A DNA stretch of 64,000 nucleotides from NCBI GenBank assembly GCA_001724265.1, contig MEDY01000010.1:62001-126000 (forward strand), written 5' to 3'. The notes under the pieces were generated by a model. It did not search any database. It saw only the letters and a list, made by a program, of their open reading frames with translations, and was not told where the DNA came from. Position numbers and translations under genes: made by a program. Positions 12,101 to 24,700 of the stretch are shown one piece after another; positions within the stretch are counted from its first letter, which is position 1; every line of letters starts with the position of its first letter. Source of the DNA: Rhizaria sp. SCN 62-66. Taxonomy: Eukaryota.

Positions 12101-15100
12101 TGTTGCCGTTGGCGGTGGCCCCGGGGAGGCGGAGGCGCAACACCGAGACGGGGCGCGCAAGCGACGCGGGCGAGCCTGCGGCCGCGGCGGCGTCGGAGGA
12201 CGACGAGGAAAACGTGGTGTTGCGGAAGCCGGAGGGCGAGAGAGCGCGCTGGTAGGGCATCGGGGAGCCGGCGGCCGAAGCAGACGCGGACGACGACGCC
12301 GACGACGATGCGGAGGACAAAGACGCGGACACTTTCTGAGTCGCACCCGCACTCGCAGTGCCACTCGAGGCCGTCGCCGCTGAGGTGACGCTCGACGTGA
12401 CGCGTGGGCCCGCAGCACGGTTGCCGCCGTAGTGCGACGCCGCCGTCGTAGCGTGCTTACTGAGGACCACGGGGCCGAGCGCGCCACCGCCGATGATAAC
12501 GAGGTCGCTGGCACCCAGCGCCGCACCTTCGCTGAGCGACAGCACGGGCGCCGCGGTGTAGATATACTCTTCGTGGACGCCGATCACAGGCTCGGGCACT
12601 GAGGCCGAGACCGCAGCGGCGTCGGAAGCGGCCTCAAAAGGCACCACGGGCGCGGCCTCTGACTGCGCGGGAGCGGTCTCCGGCCTTGCCTCAACCTGCG
12701 CAGCGTCGGCCTTGGCCTCGGCAGCGGCGGGCTCAGCAACAACACTGGCATCGGTCTTAGCGTCTCCAGTAGGCGCAGCCTCAGTCGGAGCTTCGGCCTC
12801 AGCTTTACCCTCAGGCTCAGCCCCAGACTTGGCCTTGCCAGCCGCTGCAGACTCAGATTCCGGCTTGGCCTCACTGTCAGGCTTGGCCTCGGCAGATGCA
12901 GGAGCGGCGTCACTGGCGGCCGTCGCAGTATCAGTCGAGGCGGCATCTGACTTGGCATCAGCCCTAGCAGCAGCTGCATCAGCAGGAACAGCAATTGGCG
13001 ACGACACAGGCTCAGCCGCAGCCACCGGTTCAGTCGACGCAGCAGCATCAGTGGTAGCCACAGGAGCCGCCACGGCAGTAGACTGGCGCGTCGGCTGGCG
13101 AGAGGGCTGGTGCGCAATGACCGGCGCGTGCTGCTGCGGCAGCGTGACCGTGGGCAGGGGGTTGAAGTAGAGCGGCCGCCTGTTAACGGCGGCGGGGAGG
13201 ATGAACGCGTCGGCTGGCAGCACGCCACCAGTGCCGTTGTCCGCGCCGTCGTCGTCGCCGCCGTCATCGTCGTTGTAGGCACCGTCGTCCTCGAGCTTGG
13301 CGTCACCACTCTCGCCGTTGGTTCTGTCGGCGAAGGCCGACCGGCTGCGAGCGAAGCTGCGGTGCTTGCCTCCGCCCACAGTCATGATAACCGAGGAGTC
13401 GGCGCCCTCGTCGTCGGAGAGCTCGCCGGCCGCGGCGGACGCAGCAGCGGCGTTGCCGCCCTTGGAAATGGCTTCGAGCACAATGCCCGCCCTATACACA
13501 GAGTGAGACGGAAACAAATAAGGAGAAACATGAGTAAAATCGAGAGGTCGTTTGATGATAACCAAGACAAACAAGAGATGTCAATTTACAACAATTTGTC
13601 TTGCATTCCAATGCACGTACCTGGCCCTAGCAACGCTTAGCGCGACCGCAGCGTGCTCGGTGGTGAAGGGCTCCTCGCTGTCGCCCGTGCCGACGATGGG
13701 CGCGCTCTCGGCCTCGGCCAGTACAGTCTGCGCCGACGCCGCCGTGGACGCGTGCGCGCTGCGGTGCGCGGCCGCGGCGACGGACCCCGAGCCCGCGCCG
13801 CCGTTGGCGTCGCTCTGGAGTGTGCCGTTGACGTCGGCGTGCTCCTTGGCGAGCGCGAGCAGTCCCGCGGGATTGAGCCCCGCCTGCGAGCGCCGCCGCA
13901 TGTGCGCCTGGCGGGCGACCTCGACCTGCGCCTGCGACGGGCTCGCCAACCCGGCCACAGTCGGGCTCTGCGCGGGCTGGCTCAGTGCGCTCGCCTCACT
14001 CGCGGCGCTCTCGACCTCGGCGGACTCGGCCGTGCTCACGGTCAGTGCGATGCTCGGACCGGGCTGCGCTGCACCAGGCTGCGCTGCTCCAGGCTGCGCA
14101 GCGGCGTCGGGGCTAGCGGCCGCCGCGGCGTCAGTCTGTTGCTGTGCAGCGGGCTCAGACGACTCGGACTGAGCCTGGGGCTGAGGCTGAGGGTGAGACT
14201 CAGCGGTATCACCCTTGACGACGACAGTAATGTCGCCCTCGTTGTCAGCGGATGCCAAAGAAGCAGGCTGAACGGTGTTCTCGCCAGACTCAGTCGCAGC
14301 GGAGGCAGCAGGGGCAGCAGCGTCAGTGCTGGGAGCAGCGGGCTGAGCGCTGGCATCGGTGGGCGCATTCTCACCCGTGGCAGCGGGAGCAGGAGCAGCT
14401 GCAGCAGCGTCCACAGGAGCAGCGTCAGCTTCACTAGACTTGGCCTCAGCAGACGACGCCTCAGCAACAGTGTCCGCAAACTCCTTCCGGGGCTTTCTCT
14501 CCGGCTTTGTGGCCGCGTCCTCAGCCGCCTGCGTCACCACCGCAAGGTTGGCAGTGATGTCGAGCAGCAGCGCAGCCGACGCCGCGTGCGTGTCACCCTT
14601 GTCTCCAGTCGTAGCAGTAGCAGCAGAAGCAGCATCAGTGTCGCCGCTGCCGCTGCCGCTGCCGACGACGGTGACCATGGGCGCCGTCGCCGTCGCCCGC
14701 TTGCTCGACGCCAAACTGCCGCCGCCCGCGCCGTTGTGGTGACTGGCGGCCGCCTGGTAGGGCAGGTTGGTCCTGCAGCGCTCCTCGGCGCCCAGGTCCG
14801 CGGCCGCGCGGTCCGCGATGAGCGCGATCTGCATCAGCTGCTCGCGACGGCGCTCTTGCGCCTCGCGGCCGCGGCGCTGGCGCCGGTGCGCGGGCGCGCA
14901 CACGACGCGCACGCCGCCGCCGGGCGCCGCCAGCACCACGCCGTCGTCGGTTGCCAGCACAGCGGCGTCGCCCCAGTCCTCGTCGTCGCCGTCGCGCTCG
15001 CCGGTGCCGTCGTCATTGACGCCAGCGTCGCCGTCGTCGTCGTCGTCGTTGTCGCCGTGCTCAAAGCTGTGGCCGAGGTGGGCGGCGTCGAGGGCGTCGT

Positions 15101-15795
15101 CGTCGTCCCCGGGTTGGCCGTCGCTGCCGCTGGTGCGCGACACGTGTCCGTCGCCGTCACCGAAGCTGGCGCGGAAGCCGTCGCCGCGGCTGTTGCGGGG
15201 GCTGCCGCCCGCACCCGTGGGCGACCGCGGCTGCACCAGAGCCCGTAGCACCGGGCCCGCGCGCGCGTCGAGCTGCGCCTGCAGCAGCAGCGCGTGGCGG
15301 CGGTGGCGCGCCAGCGAGCGCGGGCTCGGGGGCGCGCCGCCGCTGCCGCCACCGCCGCTCTCGGCAGCGCCGTCGCCACTTCTGTTGCCGAGGGGCGCGG
15401 CGCTGGCGCTGCTGGTGACGGTGACGACGGGCATGGGTGCCTGCTGCGTGACAGAGCCCTTGCGCGCTACTCCGGGGGCCGTAAAGCCGCTGGAGCTGGT
15501 GCCGCTGCCGCCGGTGACGGAGCCGCGGCTGCCGAGGCGCATCACGCCCTGCTGTTGTTGTTGCTGCTGTTGCTGCTGCTGGGCCGCGAGCGCCGCGGCG
15601 GACTGCGCGGCCGCGTGCGCGGCGGCGGCGTTAAGCAGCGACGGCGGCAGCGCGAGCGTTTTGAGCCCGCTGCCGCCTACGGACACGCTGCCGACCGCGG
15701 GGCTGACCCCGCTGGCGCTGGCGCTGCCGCTGCTGACAGCGGAGTTGGCAGGATAAAACGGGATCCCGCCGGCCTGCGCCGTGGCATTGCTAGCA

Positions 15796-15849
<54 letters not shown>

Positions 15850-17243
15850 GCAGACGCACTGGCGCCGCTGGCGGCCGCGGCGGGGACGGCGAAGGGCTGC
15901 GAGAGCGCCGAGGCGGCTGCGACGGCCGCGAGAGGCGCGTTGCGGACCACCGTGGCCGCGGCCGCCGCGGCCTGGAACGAGGCGGCCGTCGCCGTGAAGT
16001 CATACGCGCTCACCACACTACCACCGCCGCTGCCGCTGCTACTGCTGCTGCTGCTGCTGTTGCTGGCGGCGGCGGGGACGTAGGGCGCGCGGACGTTGCC
16101 GGTGTGTGCGTGCGCGAAGACGCTCGGGTACGGCGCAGCCGACTGCGCGACGCTGGCGCCCGCCGTCCCGGACGACACGGCCGCGCTTGCAGTCGCGGCC
16201 GAGGCGGGGGCGGCGGCGCCGGTTCCGACGCGCGCGAGGCCAGTGTTGGCGGGCGCCGCCAGGGCGCCGGGCGCTGCGCTGCCCCCGAGCGTCGGGTGCG
16301 ACAGCAGCGCAGGGGCGGCGCCACCGCCGCTCACGGCCCCGCTGTTGGCGCTCGAGTTTGCGTTCGCGGCCGCGGGGCGAGCGCGGTTGGGCGCGGGGGA
16401 CGCGATGGCGATCGACGAGGGGATGACGGAGGGATGCAGTGGGTCGTAGCCCATCGCGCGCAGCGCGTACGGCAGCGGCGCGTGCGGGGAGAACGACGAG
16501 GACGCAGTGGTCGTGCTCTCGGTCACGCCACGGCTGCCGCCGTTGCTGCCGCTGTTGCTGTTGAGACTGTGGCCCGCAGCAGCCGCCGCGGAGGAGCTCG
16601 AGGAGGACGAGGAGGTCGAGACCGTGAGCGAGTAGTCCGCCCCGATCGCCGCCGGCGTGGGATCGTACGGGTTGGCCCTGTGCGCCGAGTGGACCGTGAT
16701 CGGCGCTGTGGCGAGGTCGCCGTAGCCGTTGCCAGCCCCGTTGCCCGTGAAGAGAGCCGACGAAGACGATGCGGATGACGGGTAGCCGCCGCTCGCGCCG
16801 GCGCTAACGCCGTAGACAGCGGCCGGAGAGGGGTACACGGACACAGGAGGGTAATACGGCGCTGCGCCGCTGTCACCCGCGCCCGAGCCGGACACGGAGG
16901 AGCCGTGGTAGCTGGAGCCAGCGCCAGAGCCAGCAGAGCCGGCGGCTGAGGAAATGGGCACTAGAGCCCCGCCGGGACCGACGCGGGTGCGGCCAGTCTT
17001 AATGCCTGCGGCGGACGAGTAGTCGCCGTAGAAACCCGACGCGCCGTGGCCGTCAGGGGAGCCGTACCCGGAGCTAGAGGGGTTGATATCGGAGGCGCCA
17101 GCGCCAGTGCGGCGGCTGGGGAGCGAGGCCACACCCCTGGCGCTCACAGTGGCAGAATAAGATGAGCGCGGCTGACTTAGTGTCGCGGCACCGGAAGCGG
17201 CCAGCGGGCGCGTTGAGCCGGCCTCACGGCGCTGGTAGCTCAT
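9123..17243 (-). CDS. Very large Ala/Ser/Gly-rich low-complexity hypothetical protein, 2 exons, 2663 aa
   Basis: ORFs 13581..17399 and 9123..13574 are joined in frame by an AT-rich GTACGT..TAG intron 13620-13492; exons 17243-13621 and 13491-9123; TAA stop. No family recognised. Confidence 0.85.
15798..15848 (-). repeat. (AGC)17 microsatellite encoding poly-Ser
   Basis: Perfect (GCT)17 on the + strand inside the 9123-17243 gene. Confidence 0.95.
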
Positions 17244-17920
17244 ACTGGGCCGGTGAAACGGACGGATATGAGGTTCTGCGATTGCGTTTGTCTCGAGTTG
17301 TGAAGGGGAAACAAGGCTGGATGTGTCCATGGGGAAGAATATATATTTTGTCAGAAAAAGTTTGTAGTTGTATAAATAAAGTGTTAATTGTTTCAACAAT
17401 ACGAATTCAGTCTAATTGATGATCTTATCACGGAGAATTTCACATTTGCGTTTCGGCCGTTTTTCTTCCCCTGTCGGTCGCAGTCCTAGCCTTGCTGCCA
17501 CTCGCTGCGGACGTATTCAGGCCAGCAGCGTCATATTTCCACATTACAACACAGAGTGAACCTTAACTACGAGGTTTGAGGCTGAGACATTGATATTTGA
17601 TGCAAAAAGGCACACGTTAAATCTTCCTGCGGTTATTTCAAGTGTAGACTGTTATAAGCAATCATTGTATTTGTACAGTGTCACTCAGTCACCCCATCAA
17701 TAAGCAGATCTGGACCAGGTCATACCCAGCCAGAGACGTTTAGTTGATAAGAAAGCAAATAAGACACCGTATATAAAAGGACAACAACACATCGATCAAC
17801 ACTACGCCGCGCCGTGAGTCATCAAACCATACATCGTAACAGACTCCAGTTGGTCGGTTCAATGCTATGCGGAACACAGCGCTCTGCGGAACACTACACT
17901 TCTCCCCACTTGCTACTTGC

Positions 17921-18954
17921 TCACTCGTCCTCCTGCTTCTTCTGGTTCATCGGGTTCTCGGGCGCGTCCTGCCACATCTCGAAGATCTTTTGCTTGAGCT
18001 GCGAGAACTTAAACGTGGGGTACTCCTCGCGGAGCTCCTTCATCATCTTCTCCTCGTATGCCTTGTAGGCCGCCTTGCGCCGCTTCTCGGGATGCCGGTC
18101 CGCCGTCGGCAGCGTCGCCGTCCGGATGTCAAGCGCCCTGATCGCCGACGAGAGCCCGCTGGCCTCGATGACGTTCTCGGCGCCGCCCAGGCGCTGCGCG
18201 TCGGCCACGAAAGCCGCCTTGCGCGCGTGGTTGGGGTTCTCCTCCAGTTCCGTCACCACCGAGCCGCTCGTGCTGGCCGTCAGCAGCCTGCTTGCCTTGG
18301 CCGCAAGCTCGGCGTCGCGTGCAACGCGGCGGGCGGCCTCCTCGCGCTCGCGCTGGGCCGTGATCTCGAAGTGGGAGACGCGGATGTTGCGGTGCTGCGC
18401 GGGTGACAACAAGACAAATTGACAAGGGAAGGGAGAACATGATGTGTTAGAGAACAGTTGAAGCATCTAGCGAGATATTTTAGTTGGAAATAGATATGAC
18501 ATAGTTATTATAGCGAAAAAACCGTAGAATATGCATTCAAAAATGATTATACAAGTCGTACCTTGCCCTTGAGGTTGGCCTCCTCGTTGTTGTCGGCGGC
18601 GTCGGCGGCGTCAAGAAGGGCCTTCTTGCGGGCCTGTGCCTCAGCCTTCTCGCGCGCCTGCGCTGCCTGAGCAGCAGCACGCTGTTCCTTGCGCGTGGAA
18701 CCTTCGTCGGTCCACTTGGCGTCTTCAGTCTGTGATTGAGGGAAGGAAACATGGGATTTGTGGTGCAAGGGGGAACGGAGGTGAAGTCAGCGCATGCACG
18801 GAAGAGGACGTCGACTTGACGATGTATATCAACACAAGCGCGCAAAAGAACGTACTGCACGGCGGTCGCTTTCCTGCTTAGCACGGAGAACGTCCATTTG
18901 GCGCTCCAGGGCGGCCACAGCCTTCGGGTTGGGCTTCTCTTTACGGGGCGGCAT
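17921..18954 (-). CDS. CCDC124: CCDC124/Lso2-family ribosome-associated coiled-coil protein, 3 exons, 246 aa
   Basis: Exons 18954-18856, 18729-18562, 18394-17921 (donors GTACGT, GTACGA). N-terminal NPKAVAALER..EDAKWTD and C-terminal DRHPEKRRKAAYKAYEE..LREEYPTFKFSQLKQKIFEMWQDAPENPMNQ match the family pattern; TGA stop. Confidence 0.92.
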
Positions 18955-19417
18955 TACTCCTGCAGAAACGGGGTGGGAGGGAGGAGGGGTAGGATATACG
19001 TGAAATGCGATGATGACGAGGGAGGTGACAAAAGGAATATTGAGTAAATGCCGCAAATAAACTGATTTCAGAACCATGCGCTATTCCACTGTTGTGATGC
19101 GGCGTATTGCTTGCGTTTCACATCGCAATCGTCTCGTTTTCGTTTGTGGTGGCTTCCGCCCATTGTGCCCACAGTCGTACCGTTTAAAGTGACCAACTAC
19201 TTAGATGAGGCTTCTCTAACATCATGGTCTTATCGTCAAGCAGACTGTCGACACGTGTATACGATGCCTATGGATTTGTTTTATATACTCCCGCTACGAC
19301 TGTCCTTACATCGCTGATCTAACCTTCCAACACGACCACTCTCTTTCACTGCTCAGCACACCACACACTTCGCTCGTGTCAGTCTTTGCATCCTGCACGA
19401 GAGTCAAACTCCTCACG

Positions 19418-21374
19418 ATGGCAACCAACGTCGTCACCAAGGCGCTTGCTTTTCCTGACAATAGCTCCTACCGCGGCCAGGTCCTCGATGGCCGCACGTC
19501 TTACCCCCATGGTACGTCACTCCTTGCATTTCGCCTCTTATAGCCGTTAGCCTTTCTTCCATCATATCATATCTTTCTCACCCTAGCACCTCTAACTTTC
19601 GCGAACAACTCCAGGCTATGGCGTTTTGACTACCAAGGAGGGTTTTCAGATGGCGGGCTACTTCCATGAAGGCAAGACCCGCGGTCCCGGCTGCTTCACG
19701 GCGCCCAACGGCGACCGCTTCTACGGGAGCTGGAACGAGAACCACAAGCGCGATGGCTCCTTCCTCGCCCTGCGCGACGTCGACAACACCGAGGGCGCCA
19801 AACAGCTCATCGAGGTCTACGACGACGGCCAGCTCTCGAAGCGCCTCAAGCCCGCCAAGCGCACGCACGCGACGGTGCAGTGGATGCCAGTGGCCCCGCC
19901 CGAGTTCGGCGACGAGTCCCCGCCCGGCGAGGACGGCAACACCGCCACGGCGCCCTGCGACCGCTCAGCGCACGCCACGGCCATGCTGGGCGCGCGCGGG
20001 GAGTACCTTGCGCTCTACGGCGGCTGCACCTGCGGCGAAACCGGCAACGTGATCGAACTCAACGACTTCTGGCTGCTCAATATCGCAACTATGACCTGGC
20101 AGCGTGGCAGCCGCCGTGGCACGCCGCCACCCGCGCTGCACGGCCACACGCTGACCGCGATCAGCGCGACCGAGCTCCTGCTCATTGGTGGCCAGAACGG
20201 CATGGGCGTGAGCTCATCCGTGTATGTGTACGACTTGACTACAGATTCGTGGTCGCAGCCGGTGGTGCACGGCATCAACTTCATGGGCCACACGGCGACG
20301 CTCGTGGGCGACTTCGTCTTCGTCATCGTCAGCAACACCGTCTTCACGCTCGACCTCAACAATTTTGCCTGGGAGGAGCAGAAGCCCACGATGAGCACTG
20401 CGCGCGTCGCCCGCGCCTTCATGCACCACACCGCCGCGGCGATCGGCCCGCTCATCTACGTGCACGGCGGGCAGATCATGGGGCGCAACCTCGCGGACCG
20501 CGGCGATGACGGCAAGGAGTACATCCGCTGCTCCGCCGACCTCCGCGTGCTCGACACGCGCTCCATGCGCTGGGAAGTCCTCGACACGGTCCCACCGAAG
20601 TACTTGAACAACCACGTCGGCAAGACCACCGGCAAGGGCGGCGTGGACCGCGGGACCTACAGCGGCGTGGAGCTGGGGTCGGCGCTGCTGCCGCGCAGTC
20701 AGCACACGCTCACTGTTGTCGACGATCGGTTTCTTTATATCATCGGCGGCTGGACCGCGAGCCACCCGAAGATGAACGTGATCGACACTAACCATCTCGC
20801 TGACGTACACATTTACGACACGGCTACGGGCGAGTGGAGCTCTCCGCTGCTCAAGTACCCCATCTGCCCGCCGCGCGCCGAGCACACGGCCACGCTGGTC
20901 AGGCAGGACGAGATCTGGGTCCTGGGCGGCGTGAACGACGGCTGCAGCGACAAGGGCATGTGGGAGCTGTGTGTGCTCCAGACCGGCGTCGACGCCCGCA
21001 CCATCACTGCGGCACCCAAGCCCGCGACCGCCACCGCGCGCGCTGCCGGTGACGCGGGCACCAGCGCTGCGGATGAGCCGACCGCGCGCGTCAACGCCGC
21101 GGTCAGCGCTGCCTTTGCTGCGAACATGAATAACAGCGCTGCCGAGAGCAGCTTTGACCGTGCGAGCGCGAGTGCTGGCGCTGCGAGTGCGCCGACTGCG
21201 CGGTCCCGGTGGGGCGCTGAGTCCGCGGCGGCTGTGGGCAGCGGCGTTACGCCGGTCAAGATGCCGCAGCACGGACAGCACGGCTTCCAGGACGGCATTG
21301 ACGACGACGACGAGCCGTTCGAGGTCGGAAGCGGCAACATCCTCGAGGCGTTCAAGAAAAACTTGAACATTTGA
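19418..21374 (+). CDS. MORN-repeat plus Kelch beta-propeller protein, 2 exons, 617 aa
   Basis: Exons 19418-19511, 19615-21374 (intron GTACGT..CTAAC..CAG, 103 nt). MORN-like SYRGQVLDG..HGYGVLT, GPGCFTAPNGDRFYGSW; Kelch repeats RSAHATA..LYGG, HGHTLT..LIGG, HHTAAAIG..YVHGG, RSQHTLT..YIIGG, RAEHTAT..WVLGG; TGA stop. Confidence 0.88.
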
Positions 21375-21764
21375 AATGTCGATGAGTCATCGTTATGAGT
21401 CGTCTCAGTTAAAACAGAGTGTCTATTCATTCATGGTATTAAAACGTGGATATGATGGCCACAAGTTAGTGAAATACAAAAGTAGAACTTGTTTGAGCAT
21501 TTTTGATTGTATTGGATGGTCGTCATCTAAAGCAGAGGCGACCTTGTTTGTAAACTTACTTAAAATAGAGAATAAAATAGAAGAGACTTTTGTGATATCA
21601 TCATCCATACGTACTTGTGTTGCGCATGTTTCAAAAACAAAAAAAGGGACACCAACACGTGTGCAACTATTACAAAGAGCGAGAATTGGCCCGACTTCTC
21701 TCATCACCTTACATCAATCAACTTAACCGAGTGACAGCAGCAACACAGTTCAGAGTTGTCCGAT

Positions 21765-24700
21765 TCAACCGCGGGCCTCGAGGTACGTGACGTAGAGCTT
21801 GGCCTTCTCCTGGACAGCGGAAGTGAACTTGCCACCGTCGAACTCCTCCTCGAAGTCGACGAACTTCTTGAAGAGGAACTTCATCTGGCGCGGCGTCCAC
21901 ACGCTCCACTTGGCCTCGGCGGTCAGGTTCGACAGCAGCGTACGCACGCGCGTCTTGGCCTTCTTGACCTCGCCGGCCTTGATGTCGGGGCGCGCCGTGA
22001 TGCGGCGCAGCAGCTTCATCTCCTGATCCGCATACTGCGACCACACGTCCAGCCGCTTCGGGTTCTCGGCCAGGAACTTCTCGAACATCATGCGGCCGCG
22101 GTCGGGCGCGCCCGTGGGCTCGGAGAACTCGAGCTGCGCGAAACGCGTGATGGCGGACATGTGCAGCTTGGGCGGCAGCTTGATGAGCGCCTGCGCCAGC
22201 ACCTCGCGCGCCTTGTCCACGAGCTCGTACTTGAACATGAGCGTGAACCAGGCGTACCAGATGGGCAGCGCGTCGTCACCGCCGGCTTCGCCGCCGTAGC
22301 GCTTGGCCGTCGCTGCGAGCACCTCCTGCGCCTTCTCCACCTTGGTCGAGTTGTCGTAGATGCGCACCAGCTCGAGCGCGACCTTGACGGGCGCGTTCAT
22401 CTTCTGCGCGCGCTTCACCACGGCGTCAAGCGACTCGACCGTGCCGTACATGTTCTCGAGCGTCATGAGCGCGACCCAGACGTTCCAACGCTCCTGCACC
22501 TCGGTGACGGGGATGGCCGTGAGCGCGCGCTCGGCCAGCGCACGCGCCTTGGCGACGTTGCTGAGCTCGAGCTCGTGCGCCATGTACTGCACCCAGTTGA
22601 GCGAGTTGTTGGGCGTGCGCAGGCACACGCGCTCGAAGTCGTCGGCGTTGGTCGGCACCGCATCCTCCATGAGCGCGCGCTCGGCCAGCTCGATCTCGCG
22701 CTCGCGGCGCTCGCGGGCCGCGCGCTTCGCCTCGCGGGACCGCTTGGCGCCGGCGCCAGCGTCGTCCTCGTCATCGGACATGGGCACCAGCTCCTCTTCC
22801 TCCTCGTCGTTGCCAGAGATGCCGGCGAGCGATGCCGTGGCGGCGGAGCGGGCGGGCGCGATGAGGGCCTTGAAGAGGCTCTCGGTGACGGCCTCGCCGG
22901 CCGCGATCGCCGCGGGCTTGGCCTTGGCGGCGGCAGCGGCCTGGCTCTTGGCGGCGGCCGCGGCGGCCTCGCGCTGAGCGGCGGCCGTGGCGGCCTTGGC
23001 CTTGGGGTCCGCAGCGACGGCGAACTCGTCGTCGGAGCTCACGTCGCCGCCGTCGGCGTCGGCGTCACCGTCGATCATGGCGATCGCTGCGGCCTCGGTC
23101 TCGGCCGTGAGCTTCTTGGCCGCCGTGGCCTTCTTCTTGCCCTCAGCGGCCGCGGCCTGGCCAGCCTTGTGCTTGGCGGCCTGCTCAAACAGCGACGCGC
23201 GCAGGCCAAGCATGACGCGCGAGGTCAGCGGGCTGGTCGAGATCACCACGGCCTTGACCTTGTCGCCGGGCTCGTAGTGGCCGGAGAGGTCGGGCGCAGT
23301 CTCGCCCTTGGGCGTGTCGGTGCACTCGCTCGTGCGCGCCAGCGCGTTGACCGTCGTGTGCTTGAGGCGGATCACCACGCCCGAAGGGATGACGCGCATC
23401 ACGACGCCCTTGACCACGTCGAAGGGCTTCAGTTGCTGCAGCGCGCGGACGTTGGCGCCCGACACGTGCGAGCGGCGCGCCGTCACGTCGACGGGGCCCG
23501 ACGTCGAGTCGGGCTGCGGCGGCGCCAGTACACGGAGCTCGACGAGCTTGCCCGAGGGGAAGCGCTTAGGTGCGTCAGTGATGAAGGCGTCGCTCAGCTC
23601 CTTGATCTCGGCGCGGCCCGTGGCGAAGGCCGAGAGCTGGATGAAGCAGCCCGCCTTAAGCGCCGTGTGCTCGACGTAGCCGCGCACGAGCTGGCCCGCT
23701 ACTAGGTCGCCGCGCGCGAGCACGTCGGCAAACACAAACGGGTCGAAGTCGGCGGCCGCGGCCGTGGCGGTCGCAGCGAAGGGGTTCGCAAGGCCCAGCG
23801 CGGCAAGCTTCTCGGCGGCCGCGGCGGGACTCTTAGCGGCGGCGACGCTGCGCAGGGCGGCAATGCGCGACGCGCGGAGCGACGCGATGTACGTGACGCG
23901 CGAGTCCTGCGCCGCGGGGTCGACGGCGAGCAGCGCCAGCTCGGTGATGACGGTGCCGACGTCGAACTTGGCCAGCGGGTCCGCGGGGAACGCGTCTGAG
24001 ATCTCGACCGCGCGGATCACGGCCACGGCTTCGGAGCTAAGCGCGACGCGCAGGTACTGGCGGTTGAGGTCGCGGCGGAACACGCGGAACTTGCCCTTGA
24101 CGACTGTGTTGGGCGCCAGGACGACGTTGTCGTTGGCGGAGTCGCCGCTGCCGCTGCCGTCCTTGCCCTCCTTCTTGAAGGCAGCGAACGAGGTCACGAG
24201 CTTGCCGTGAGGCACTGGGCCCGCGGGCACAGTGAACGTCGACTCGCCGGCCGTGGCCGAGGGGTTCAGCGTCGCGTGCACCAGCGCGGCACGCACGAAA
24301 AAGCGGTTGTGGCGGCGCGAGCGGCTGGCCGAGGCCGATACGGCGGCCTTCTTGCTGACCTTGGCGTCCTTGGCCTCGGCAGTCTCGTCGTCGCTGTCGT
24401 CATTGTCGGCGTCGTCGCTGTCGTCGCCGTCGAGAGCGACCGTGGCGTGCGCATTGGCGACGACCTTGACCTTGACGACGTCGCCGACCGCGAGCGCGGC
24501 AGCCGCGGCGCGCACTGCGGCGACCGCAGCGGCCGGGTTCGCGGCCTCGTCCACGCCAGCCAGCTCGGCGGCGCCCAGGCGGGCGGACACGGAGGGCATG
24601 AGCTCGACCTCGATGCCCTCGGCGACCGCGGTCTGGTCCGAGGCGGCCTCGGCGGGCACGCGCGTGACTACGGCGGTCAACACGGAGCCCACCGTGAGCG

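Noticed and set aside
21756-23705. Long antisense and alternative-frame ORFs (also 9252..11411, 13653..15248, 39289..40806, 61284..63257 and many more)
   Set aside because: Shadow frames of GC-rich genes with biased codons; Arg/Gly/Ala-rich translations with no recognisable motifs.
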